From: an uncultured Candidatus Bathyarchaeia archaeon
GTDB lineage: Archaea > Thermoproteota > CALKCG01 > B24 > JAWCPE01
Direction of reading: 5' to 3'
Assembly: GCA_964427455.1 (NCBI GenBank)
Contig: CAYRUY010000002.1
Span: forward strand, 3,474-67,473
Length of the DNA: 64,000 nt
Below the pieces are notes generated by a model. It did no database searches, was not told the DNA's origin, and saw only the letters and a program-made list of their open reading frames with translations. Positions 9,683 to 18,516 of the stretch are shown piece by piece (position 1 is the stretch's first letter; every line of letters starts with the position of its first letter). The position numbers and the translations under genes are program-made.

Positions 9683-10972
9683 ATGGACCCCCAAACACTG
9701 TACGACGTGTTCCCCGGGCTTGACTGCGGAGCCTGCGGTGCAGCGACATGCAACGCCTTCGCGAGAGGAATCTTAGCAGGAAAGTCGACGCCAGACGATT
9801 GCCCTACCCTCCGCAGCCCTGAGTACGCTGACCGGAGAGCTCGGCTCTCGGCCGAGCTGCTCGAGACGCTTCAAGCCACATGCGAGGGAAGAGCGACAGC
9901 CGAGTCGATGGGCGGAGTCACGTACATCCGTCCATGCGCGGAAGACATCGCCAAGGTGACGGCTGAGACACGCCTACAGCGCAGATTCACCGTTCCTCCC
10001 CCGCTTAGGTTTGAGGTATTCGACCCGTCGACCTGGGACTGGATGCTCCAGTCCATAGAACTCTTCGGGAACGCTAGGTGCTCCGAAAGTCTCGGGGTGG
10101 CCAGGATCGAGGCGTGCGGCATGACTGTCATGGTCCTCAGGGATGGGAGGGTGAATGTTCGCGCAGCCCCAGACGAGGAGCAAGCGATGGCGGTAATCCA
10201 CCTCGTAAGCCGAGCGCTATGGGGCTCTGTCATCTGTCACTGCGGGAACATCTCTATGGACTGCGCCGGTGGGGCGTGCACCGAGTGTCTTGACGCAGCT
10301 TGCCCAGCTTCAGACACAGAACCCTTCACGTTCACGAGCACAACCACTCGGTCTCAAGCCGACCAAGATATTCGCGGCGCTTCCTTGCCCAGTGGTCCCG
10401 CCGGCGACCCCCTCCGAGCCTTAGGCAACTCTGTGGACCAGGCAGCTCGTATGCTGGAAGACATGGCCGCGCGCCTGATCTGTGGCTTGGCGAATGGCTA
10501 TACGCGCGAAGATCTGGGTAAGATGCTCTCAGACGCGCGGAGAAAGGCCGTGCAAATGCTTGTCCGGGCACCTGAGGGTCGACATGCCCGAAGCGCTCTG
10601 ACGGCAATGGGCGCTCTTATGGACCTTCAGAGAGTGAGCGACGGCCTTGACCTCGCCACTCACACTGAGCAGACTATCACGGGAGCGTCAATGGCTTTGC
10701 TAACTGAAGCCTTCCAAGTCTTTGCTCTGTCCTTGAAAGGGCTCCGGTCTGGGCAGCCCGCTGATGTGACTGCTGCCCAAGAACGATTCGACGCGTTCCG
10801 AGACGCGTGGATGATCGAGTTCGGAAACCTGGGGAACACGCGGACGCTCTCAGCCTTCTATAAGATAGCGTCGAACGGGCTCTACCTGTCGAGGCTTCGC
10901 AGCTCTACCCGCGCAGAGGCTCTTGAGTGGCTGGGGCACCAGAGCGACCGGCTCTCATCCTCTCGGGAATGA
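9683..10972 (+). CDS. Uncharacterised Fe-S-binding protein
   Basis: N-terminal FPGLDCGACGAATCNAFA...CP (putative Fe-S domain), a second Cys cluster CHC..DC..GAC.EC...C, then a helical C-terminus. Confidence 0.65.
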   Translation: MDPQTLYDVFPGLDCGACGAATCNAFARGILAGKSTPDDCPTLRSPEYADRRARLSAELLETLQATCEGRATAESMGGVTYIRPCAEDIAKVTAETRLQRRFTVPPPLRFEVFDPSTWDWMLQSIELFGNARCSESLGVARIEACGMTVMVLRDGRVNVRAAPDEEQAMAVIHLVSRALWGSVICHCGNISMDCAGGACTECLDAACPASDTEPFTFTSTTTRSQADQDIRGASLPSGPAGDPLRALGNSVDQAARMLEDMAARLICGLANGYTREDLGKMLSDARRKAVQMLVRAPEGRHARSALTAMGALMDLQRVSDGLDLATHTEQTITGASMALLTEAFQVFALSLKGLRSGQPADVTAAQERFDAFRDAWMIEFGNLGNTRTLSAFYKIASNGLYLSRLRSSTRAEALEWLGHQSDRLSSSRE

Positions 10973-11873
10973 TGGGGTTCGAGAGGCCCTCATCCATGCT
11001 TCCTGACCTATAGCCCGCTAGGTCGAGGGTCACGTATCTGAAGCCGAGCGCTCTCAGCTTCTCGCTGACCCTGTCCATTGCCGCTTCGCTAGCGAGGAGA
11101 GACCTCTCCGCTCTCCCCACCTCGATCCTCGCCAGGTCCCCGTGACAGCGAACTCGCAGTTGCCTGACGCCCGTCAGTGTCTTTATGAAGCTCTCGGCCT
11201 CTGCGACCCTTTGGAGGCCTTCGGCCGTTATCCTCTGTCCATACTCAAATCTGGAGGATAGACATGCCATGGATGGCTTGGACCACGTCGGAAGCCCGAG
11301 AGCCCTCGAGACGGCCCTGATGTCAGTCTTCGTGAAGCCGAGCTCTGCCAATGGGCTTCTGACTCCTCCCTCACTCAACGCTAGGGCGCCAGGCCTATGC
11401 ATCCTCAGGTCGTCAGCGTTTGTGCCATCAACGATCACGTCGATCGCCTCCTGTGCCGCGACCTTCCTCAACTCGTCGATCAGCCGCTTCTTGCAGTAGT
11501 AGCAGCGATCCGGCGGGTTCTCGACGAACCTCTCATCGTCCAGCTCGTTCTCCTTGACAACCACCTGTTTCAGGCCCAAAGCGGAGGCCAGTCTCTGGGC
11601 CTCTGACAGCTCGCCTGGGGGAAGAGTCATAGAGTCTGCGGTAACAGCGACAGCCCCGTGGGCCAACGCGATCTTCGCCGCTGCCGCTAGCAAGGAGCTG
11701 TCAACCCCGCCCGAGAGTGCGATAAGCACTTTGCCTCTGGCACGAAGCCACTCGATAAGCGAAGAGAACTTGCCTTGGAGCTGCGGCTCCAGCTGTCGGA
11801 GCCCTGCCTCCGCGAATGATTGGCCAATCCCTTCGGCGAGAGGCATCTCGACAGGCTTTTCCTTGGCTGACAT
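10905..11873 (-). CDS. larE: LarE-family ATP-dependent sulfur transferase (PP-loop)
   Basis: ALSGGVDSS, RCYYCK, DGTNADD..HRPG, KPSMACLSSR, LRVRCHG, YVTLDLAGYRSGS. Confidence 0.9.
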   Translation of the reverse strand: MSAKEKPVEMPLAEGIGQSFAEAGLRQLEPQLQGKFSSLIEWLRARGKVLIALSGGVDSSLLAAAAKIALAHGAVAVTADSMTLPPGELSEAQRLASALGLKQVVVKENELDDERFVENPPDRCYYCKKRLIDELRKVAAQEAIDVIVDGTNADDLRMHRPGALALSEGGVRSPLAELGFTKTDIRAVSRALGLPTWSKPSMACLSSRFEYGQRITAEGLQRVAEAESFIKTLTGVRQLRVRCHGDLARIEVGRAERSLLASEAAMDRVSEKLRALGFRYVTLDLAGYRSGSMDEGLSNPIIPERMRAGRSGAPATQEPLRG

Positions 11874-11994
11874 AGGGGCTGCTGTCTAACCGCCCCGTGG
11901 TTCACTTAAGGGTTTTTCACAGAGCGCCTACGAGTGAGAACGAGCGATCAGAGAGCATATAAGGCCTCAGCTGCGGGGTGCAAAGGGTCAAACG

Positions 11995-12402
11995 ATGCCC
12001 TCGATGGAGCGTGATCCCGCCAGGAAGTTCTTCGACCCGAGCGTCAGTGACAGGGAGCGAGCTATCTTCGAGGGAGGCATCGCCTTGGGTGCGCTCTACC
12101 ATCAGTTTGCAGGGACACCTGTTTCCTCCGATAGGAGGGTCCTCAGGACTCTCGAGGAGGCGATTGAGAGAACAATGGCGGTTCAACCCTACAGGGAGCG
12201 TGTCGAGGTGCGAATAGACGAAGCTGCTCTTCGGAACGAGGGTGTAGAGCCCTACCGCTACGAGACTCTGAAAGGAAGACATCTCACAGTCGAGGTCACG
12301 GTCAGGTACGGGAACGCGAGAGCGACCGTGGCGATGCGCCACGTGCCCGAGCTGAAGTTCAACCTGATGTTCATCAAGGACATCACGGAGGAAGAGGCTT
12401 GA
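11995..12402 (+). CDS. mptD: Archaeal dihydroneopterin aldolase
   Basis: ERAIFEGGIALGALYHQFAGTPV...AIE...QPY family signature. Confidence 0.85.
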   Translation: MPSMERDPARKFFDPSVSDRERAIFEGGIALGALYHQFAGTPVSSDRRVLRTLEEAIERTMAVQPYRERVEVRIDEAALRNEGVEPYRYETLKGRHLTVEVTVRYGNARATVAMRHVPELKFNLMFIKDITEEEA

Positions 12403-12502
12403 TCCGCGGGTCCTCTGGCCAGCAGGGCTGGTGCCGTGGCAGCACATGGAACGGTTTTACCCCTCCCAACAGAATGTTTGCATTATATAGGAGAGAGCCT
12501 AG

Positions 12503-13075
12503 TTGAGCTTAACGCAGCCTATCAGATGCTTCCTCGCCGTCGACATTCCAGACGCGAACATAGTCGAGAGGCTCGTTGCTACTGGAAGAGACCTGTTGCA
12601 GACCGGCAACGATCTGAGGCCGGTTTCGCCTGAAAACCTGCATGTGACGCTCAGGTTTCTCGGCGACGCTAGCCCCGAGATGGTCAGGTCTGTCGAAGCT
12701 GCTCTGGACGAGCTTCACGTCGCCCCGTTCGCTGTCGAGCTCAGGGGCCTAGGCTTCTTCAGGGATCCGAAATACATCACGACTATCTGGGCAGGCATTA
12801 AGACCGGGGCTACTGAGCTAACAGGGATCTTCAACACGCTCGAGCCTAAGCTGGAGCGCGGAGGGTTCAGGCGCGACCCCCGTGGATTCTCGCCTCACCT
12901 CACTATCGCAAGGGTCAAGGCTGTCCGAGACCGAAGAGCTCTTCTGGAGTTTGTGGCGAAGAGGGCTGACTACGCCTTCGGGACCTTCACGGCTCAAAGC
13001 GTCAAACTGAAGCAAAGCGTCCTCACCCCGAAGGGGCCGATCTACACAACTCTCAGAGAGAGGAGCTTCGAGTGA
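12503..13075 (+). CDS. thpR: RNA 2',3'-cyclic phosphodiesterase (2H family)
   Basis: RCFLAVD N-terminus, two HxT motifs (ENLHVTLRFLG, FSPHLTIARVK), S.LTPKGPIY C-terminus. Confidence 0.92.
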   Translation: MSLTQPIRCFLAVDIPDANIVERLVATGRDLLQTGNDLRPVSPENLHVTLRFLGDASPEMVRSVEAALDELHVAPFAVELRGLGFFRDPKYITTIWAGIKTGATELTGIFNTLEPKLERGGFRRDPRGFSPHLTIARVKAVRDRRALLEFVAKRADYAFGTFTAQSVKLKQSVLTPKGPIYTTLRERSFE

Positions 13076-13102
13076 ACGCTCGGTGGTCCGGAAACCCAAT
13101 GA

Positions 13103-14626
13103 GTGCTCGGCGGCGCTAGAGACGAGGACGTGATGCCCTGCATGCCCCCAGGTCAGAGCGTCAGATCCCGCGAAGAGAAGCTGGCGCTCGAGGTCTGCAA
13201 CCAAGTGACGCTGAGGGTCACTCCTAGCTCTGATGAAAGAGAACGGGTCTATTCCCTCGTCAACAGACTAGTTAAGGCGGCGGAGGTCCGCTGCCGCAGT
13301 GTAACGTTGGACGCGAGGGCTGAGGTCTTCGGCTCTGTGGCCAAGGACACGTGGCTGAGCGGCGAAGCCGACATAGACCTGTTCCTGCTCGTGACGCCTG
13401 AGACTCCACGTGACGCAATGGTGGTAAAAGCCCTACAGGTCGGTAGGGCGGTGATAGAGGAGTTCCACGGACACTGGACCGAACGGTACGCCGAACACCC
13501 TTACGTTGAGGGCTGGGTCGAAGGTACCCGCGTGAACTTTGTTCCATGCTACGAGGTTAAGAACGGAGGGTGGCTGACCGCTGTAGACCGAACGCCTCTC
13601 CACACCCAATACGTCAAGGGAAAACTCAGCGACGAGGCAAAGAGAGAGGTCAGGCTCCTCAAGAGGTTCATGAAAGGTGTTGAGGTCTACGGGGCTGACA
13701 TCAAGGTCAGCGGCTTCAGCGGGTACCTCTGCGAACTACTCGTGATCCGCTACAGCCTACTTCTCGAAGCCCTCAAAGCGGCCGCCAGATGGAAGCCAGG
13801 AACGACTCTACTGATCGAGCCCATAGAAGGCATAGGCTTGGAGGAGGCCAAAACAGCCTTCCCCGAACCACTGATCGTCGTTGACCCGGTCGACGCGAGA
13901 AGGAACGTTGCGAGCGCGGTCTCGCTCCAGAGGATGAGCGAGTTCATCGCTGCGTCCAAGGCGTTCCTCAAGCGGCCAACGATTACCTTCTTCTACCCGC
14001 CGGCGCCGGAGGTTCCTGATACGCGGCAGCTGGTCGAAGACCTTTCGGCCAGAGGAACAGACCTGCTCGTCTTGGGCTTCGGTAGGGTCGACGCGGTTCC
14101 GGACGTGCTCTGGGGGCAGATGTACAGGACCATGAAGGCTCTCGTCACGCTCCTTGAAGAACACGATTTCAACGTCCTAAGGGCATCTGCGTGGAGCGAT
14201 GAGAAGAATTCGAACGCGTTCACCTTCGAGCTGGAGCAGGCACACCTGCCCGTGGCGAAGACCCAGACCGGCCCCCCAGTCACCGCGCGCGAGGTGCAGG
14301 ACTTTATGAGGAAACACCTCCACAGCTCAAGAACAATCTCGGGTCCATGGATAAGAGATGACAGGTGGGCTGTCGTAACAAGGCGCAAGGAGACCGACGC
14401 CACTTCACTACTGGAGAAGATCTCCCGAGAGGCGGCTGAGATAGGTGTGCGCGACAAGATTGCGGAGGCATTGAAGAGAGGCCACAGATTCTACGTCGGC
14501 ACGGAAGTGGCCGAGTTCAGCAAGGCCAACCCAGCCTACGCAGCGTTTCTCGCAAGCTTCCTCGCTGGAGCCCCTATCTGGCTTGAGCCTCAGAAGCCGC
14601 TGAAGCGGGATCGAGTGGCCAATTGA
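13103..14626 (+). CDS. cca: CCA-adding tRNA nucleotidyltransferase, archaeal class I
   Basis: GSVAKDTWLSGEADIDLF, YAEHPYV, VDRTPLHT, GFSGYLCELL, DPVD..RNVA. True start may be slightly downstream. Confidence 0.95.
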   Translation: MLGGARDEDVMPCMPPGQSVRSREEKLALEVCNQVTLRVTPSSDERERVYSLVNRLVKAAEVRCRSVTLDARAEVFGSVAKDTWLSGEADIDLFLLVTPETPRDAMVVKALQVGRAVIEEFHGHWTERYAEHPYVEGWVEGTRVNFVPCYEVKNGGWLTAVDRTPLHTQYVKGKLSDEAKREVRLLKRFMKGVEVYGADIKVSGFSGYLCELLVIRYSLLLEALKAAARWKPGTTLLIEPIEGIGLEEAKTAFPEPLIVVDPVDARRNVASAVSLQRMSEFIAASKAFLKRPTITFFYPPAPEVPDTRQLVEDLSARGTDLLVLGFGRVDAVPDVLWGQMYRTMKALVTLLEEHDFNVLRASAWSDEKNSNAFTFELEQAHLPVAKTQTGPPVTAREVQDFMRKHLHSSRTISGPWIRDDRWAVVTRRKETDATSLLEKISREAAEIGVRDKIAEALKRGHRFYVGTEVAEFSKANPAYAAFLASFLAGAPIWLEPQKPLKRDRVAN

Positions 14627-15411
14627 CCGAAGCCCTAAGTGTTGACCAGCTCCTCCGAGACAGGAGATACGGATTAGTACTCACGTATCCTAGGCTCAGC
14701 CCTCCCACTGCGCGACGCAGATTGAGCGAGTTGAGACGACTAGACGTGACCCATATAGAGTTCGGAGGTCGGAGTGAGGTCTACGGCGTCCGAGTCCTCG
14801 GCAAAGGCTGTGTCGGCCTCGTCGTCATCGCAAAGACTTCGTCGGGAAGGGCAGCGTTGAAGATCCGCAGACTTGACGCTGATAGGAGAAGCTTACGGCC
14901 TGAGGCGAAGATGCTAAAGGCGGCGAACCTAGCCGGGGTAGGTCCTCAGCTCTACTCGTATTCAAGCAACTTCATCCTGATGGAGCTCATTGAGGGGAGA
15001 TTGCTCCCCGACTGGGTCCGAGCCCTCGGCGGGAAGAATGCCAGAGCTAGGCTGCGAGAAACGCTGACTAGGCTCATCGAGGACTGCTTTCGGCTTGACG
15101 AGGCGGGCATAGACCATGGCCAGTTGAGCCGGGCCTCGAGGCACATCATCGTTCAGCCCTCCGGCAGCCCGCGGGTCATCGACTTTGAGTCGGCCAGCCT
15201 ACGGAGGCGCCGTTCAAACGTCACCTCGATATGTCAATACCTCTTCATCGGCAGCGAGACTGCAAGAGCCATCGTCAGGCTCTTGGGGGGCCTCGACAAG
15301 GAGCGGCTCATCACCGCTCTTAGGGCTTACAAAGCAGACGAGAGCCTTGAAGCCCTACACAGGGTAGAAGGGACAGCAAGCCTTTCCGCGCCAGGTACGA
15401 CGCTTAAATAG
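14623..15411 (+). CDS. Ser/Thr kinase-like protein (cca-linked archaeal type), atypical catalytic loop
   Basis: LGKGCVGLV Gly loop, ALKIRR, E, IDF. Catalytic loop reads HGQLSRASRH. Confidence 0.8.
   Translation: MTEALSVDQLLRDRRYGLVLTYPRLSPPTARRRLSELRRLDVTHIEFGGRSEVYGVRVLGKGCVGLVVIAKTSSGRAALKIRRLDADRRSLRPEAKMLKAANLAGVGPQLYSYSSNFILMELIEGRLLPDWVRALGGKNARARLRETLTRLIEDCFRLDEAGIDHGQLSRASRHIIVQPSGSPRVIDFESASLRRRRSNVTSICQYLFIGSETARAIVRLLGGLDKERLITALRAYKADESLEALHRVEGTASLSAPGTTLK
15404..15410 (+). promoter_or_regulatory. TATA box of the tRNA-Pro gene
   Basis: TTAAATA beginning 32 nt upstream of the mature tRNA 5' end. Confidence 0.6.
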
Positions 15412-15435
15412 AAGCCAAAGGCTAGGTGGCCGCGC

Positions 15436-15605
15436 GGGGCCGTCGTTCAGCTTGGTCTAGGTCCTACCGCCAAGAGGATCCCAGAGCAGGCAACGCGGGG
15501 AGCCTGGGGCGCAGGATCGCACAGACCGCTGGTGACCTAGGCATCCTAGGCCAGAGATCGTGGGTTCAAAATGACGGGCACGTCATGAAAGTCCCACCGG
15601 CCCCA
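15436..15605 (+). tRNA. tRNA-Pro(GGG) interrupted by five introns (20b/21, 30/31, 37/38, 45/46, 59/60)
   Basis: Acceptor GGGGCCG/CGGCCCC+A73. Removing 15459-15474, 15485-15502, 15510-15526, 15535-15556 and 15571-15591 leaves 76 nt with D stem GTTC/GGAT, anticodon arm CCAGC-CTGGGGC-GCTGG and T arm GTGGG-TTCAAAT-CCCAC. Confidence 0.9.
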
Positions 15606-15751
15606 TCACTTGAAACACAGAGCAGGCGATGAGATGGCCGAAGCCGTCTCCATTCCCGAGCCTGGCAATTCCTGAAGCTAATAGAGTCCAGCACCGCCTC
15701 GTCGCAAACATCTTATCTCGGCCGCTGCCACTGTATCCTCGGCGAAGAAGG

Positions 15752-17131
15752 TTGCCGATTCACCCGATCGAGTACAGGTACGGGAGCGCCGAGATGAGGG
15801 CGGTCTTCGACCGCAGCAGCTGGCTTGAGAAGATGCTGAGGGTTGAGGCAGCTCTGGCTGAGGCCCATGCCGAAGTCGGGGATATCCCGGTTGAGGCCGC
15901 GAGAGCCATCTCGGAAAATGCGTCTCTTAAGCACGTAACCCTGGAAGCCGTCGCGAGGTACGAGAAGGAGATAGGTCACGAAGTTATGTGCGTAGTCAAG
16001 GCGTTGTCTGACGCCAGCGGCAGGTTTGGCGGCTACGTCCATCTGGGAGCAACGTCAGCGGACATAACAGACTCGGTCCTGGCGCTTCAGGTCAAAGAGG
16101 CCCTATCGATAATCAGAAAGGACCTGATGGAGCTTACGAGCCTTCTTGCTCAGAGCGCCGAGAGGTATCGAGACACAGTCTGCTTGGGGAGGACACACGG
16201 TGTCGCAGCGATCCCGATGCCGTTCGGTTTCAAGTTTGCAGTCTGGGCTTCCGAGGCGAAGAGACACCTCGAGAGACTTAACGAGGCCGAACCTAGGATA
16301 TGTAGGGGAAAGATGAGCGGCGCCATAGGCACGATGGCAGGGCTGGGCAAGAACGCTTTCAAGGTTCAGGAGCTCACAATGGGGAAGCTAGGCATACGAG
16401 CGTCGGAGATCTCGACGCAGGTTGTTCCTCGTGATGGTCTGGCCGAGTTCATAGGCCTCCTCTGCCTCGTCTCGTCCTACCTAGACAAGATCGCGAATGA
16501 GGTGAGGAATCTCCAGCGAACCGAGATCAGGGAGGTCGAGGAGCCCTTCGAGGAACGAAGCCAGGTCGGCTCAAGCACGATGCCGCATAAGAGGAACCCT
16601 GAGAAGTGCGAGAAGGTGTGCGGTTTGGCGAGGACTATCAGAGGCTACGCCCGAACTGCGTTGGAGAACACCGTGCTCGAACACGAACGCGACCTGACCA
16701 ACAGCTCCTGCGAGAGGGTCATGGTTCCTGAAGCATGTATTCTCCTCGATGAGCAGCTGAAGACTATGCTCAAGGTGATGCGCGGCCTAATCGTCTACCC
16801 TGAGAACATGCTGCGGAACATAGAGGGAACGAGGGGCTTGGCGATGTCAGAAGCGGCAATGCTTGCGCTGGCGGCGAAAGGCCCAGGCAGACAGTGGGCT
16901 CACGAGTTGACCCGCAGATACTCCATGGAGGCCTGGCGGGGACCGCTCGGCTTGGCTGAGATCCTCAAGAAAAGCCCAGAAGTTCGCAAGTATCTCACTG
17001 ACCAAGAGGTCGATGCCCTCTTCGACCCGGAGAGCTACCTCGGCACGTCCCAGCAACAGATCGACAACGTAGTTGCGGAGACACATCTCTTCCTAGAGAG
17101 CTACGGAGTGCCCAAGCCTAAGGAAGGGTAA
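15752..17131 (+). CDS. purB: Adenylosuccinate lyase
   Basis: VHLGATSADI, GRTHG, GSSTMPHKRNP fumarase-superfamily signature, EHERDLTNSS. Family start MPIHPIEYRYGS at TTG 15752 (ORF open from 15629). Confidence 0.95.
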   Translation: MPIHPIEYRYGSAEMRAVFDRSSWLEKMLRVEAALAEAHAEVGDIPVEAARAISENASLKHVTLEAVARYEKEIGHEVMCVVKALSDASGRFGGYVHLGATSADITDSVLALQVKEALSIIRKDLMELTSLLAQSAERYRDTVCLGRTHGVAAIPMPFGFKFAVWASEAKRHLERLNEAEPRICRGKMSGAIGTMAGLGKNAFKVQELTMGKLGIRASEISTQVVPRDGLAEFIGLLCLVSSYLDKIANEVRNLQRTEIREVEEPFEERSQVGSSTMPHKRNPEKCEKVCGLARTIRGYARTALENTVLEHERDLTNSSCERVMVPEACILLDEQLKTMLKVMRGLIVYPENMLRNIEGTRGLAMSEAAMLALAAKGPGRQWAHELTRRYSMEAWRGPLGLAEILKKSPEVRKYLTDQEVDALFDPESYLGTSQQQIDNVVAETHLFLESYGVPKPKEG

Positions 17132-17252
17132 ACGACCTGAAGATGGACACCAGTTACCTACCGGCTCAAGCTGAGGGGTATCGAGGACAAGAAAACGACC
17201 CGTAGGCTGTGTGCAGGGTGGAGCCACGGCTGAAGCGGGTTAAGGGGATCAG

Positions 17253-17558
17253 TTGGTCAACCAGGATGAAAGGGCCGAAGAACATCGGAAAGCAAGGGTG
17301 CACCTGTATATCTCCGGCCTAGTCCAGGGCGTGTTCTTCAGAGCGTATACGAGGAGCATCGCTCTGAAGCTCGGGGTGAAAGGATGGGTCAGGAACCTCC
17401 GAGATGGAAGAGTCGAGGCCATCTTTGAGGGAGAGAAGGACAAGGTTGAGAAGCTCGTTCAGTGGTGTCGTAGAGGTCCCGAGGGCGCCGTGGTGAAGAC
17501 AATAGAGGTCTCGGAGGAGCTTTACCAGGGCAACTTCAGGTCTTTCGAGATGAGGTGA
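17253..17558 (+). CDS. acyP: Acylphosphatase
   Basis: SGLVQGVFFR, GWVRNL.DGRVEA, GPEGAVV. Confidence 0.95.
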   Translation: MVNQDERAEEHRKARVHLYISGLVQGVFFRAYTRSIALKLGVKGWVRNLRDGRVEAIFEGEKDKVEKLVQWCRRGPEGAVVKTIEVSEELYQGNFRSFEMR

Positions 17559-17643
17559 CCTCGAAAGCCCGTGGTCAGCTTGGAAATGTTTAAACCGGGT
17601 CTCTCACAGGTAGGCACATTGCATCTGAAAGAGGACTAAGGCA

Positions 17644-18516
17644 TTGGCCATCCAGAAGGGAGCGTTCGTCGTACTTGACTACACGGGCAGGGTCAAGGAG
17701 ACAGGCGATGTCTTCGATACGACCTCCGAGGAGGAGGCGAAGAAGCATGGGTTACGCCGGCCGGGCGCTCTCTTCGAGCCGCAGCTAGTCGTCGTGGGCG
17801 AAGGCTGGGTTGTCAAGGGCCTAGACGAGGCGTTGCTTGAGATGGAAGTCGGGAAGACGATCACAGTGGAGGTGCCGCCCGAGAAGGGGCTTGGACAGAG
17901 AGACCCCTCCAAGATGAGGCTTATCCCGCTGAGGAGATTCAGGGCAAGAGATGTCACGCCCCAGCCAGGTATGGAGGTAGATGTTGATGGCCGAGCCGCC
18001 ATCGTCAGAGCAGTTGGCGCCGGGCGAGTTCAGGTCGATTTTAATCCCCCGCTGGCTGGCCGGACGCTTACATACGAGGCCACGGTGAAGGCCATCCTCG
18101 AACGGCCGGAGGACAAGATCAGAGCGCTGGTTCACAGGCGGATCCCGTCCGTGCCCGCAGAGAAGTTCGATATTCGAGTAAGGGCCGGAGCTCTCAGGAT
18201 AACCGTGCCTCAAGAGGCGTTTCTCGCAGAGGGGCTCCAGTACGCGAAGCGCGGGATCGCCTCAGACATCGAGAAGTTCCTGCCGGAGATCCGAGAGACA
18301 ACCTTCATCGAGACCTTCGCGAGGCCCAAGCCTACCCGTGAAGAAGCAAAGCCAAGTGAGCAACGCGAACCCCAGCCTGAGGCCAAGGCGGCTGCGGCTC
18401 CGCAATCTCAGCCCATCGAGGCCACTCCAAGTCCGGTGGCAGAGGACCAACCCGTCCCGACACCGAAGAGTCGTCGATCAGGGCCGAGATCAAGGGTCCG
18501 CTCGGCTCGCTCTTAG
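17644..18516 (+). CDS. FKBP-type peptidyl-prolyl isomerase (archaeal long/SlyD-like)
   Basis: DYTGRV..G.VFDT, GLDEAL, VPPEKGLG.RD, VDFNPPLAGRTL; Pro/Glu/Ala-rich low-complexity C-tail. Confidence 0.92.
   Translation: MAIQKGAFVVLDYTGRVKETGDVFDTTSEEEAKKHGLRRPGALFEPQLVVVGEGWVVKGLDEALLEMEVGKTITVEVPPEKGLGQRDPSKMRLIPLRRFRARDVTPQPGMEVDVDGRAAIVRAVGAGRVQVDFNPPLAGRTLTYEATVKAILERPEDKIRALVHRRIPSVPAEKFDIRVRAGALRITVPQEAFLAEGLQYAKRGIASDIEKFLPEIRETTFIETFARPKPTREEAKPSEQREPQPEAKAAAAPQSQPIEATPSPVAEDQPVPTPKSRRSGPRSRVRSARS

Noticed and set aside
15426-15632. 68-aa ORF in the track
   Set aside because: It lies over the intron-containing tRNA-Pro and shows no protein features.
18320-18516. Repeat element in the FKBP C-terminus
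   Set aside because: Low-complexity Pro/Glu/Ala linker with no discrete nucleotide repeat unit.
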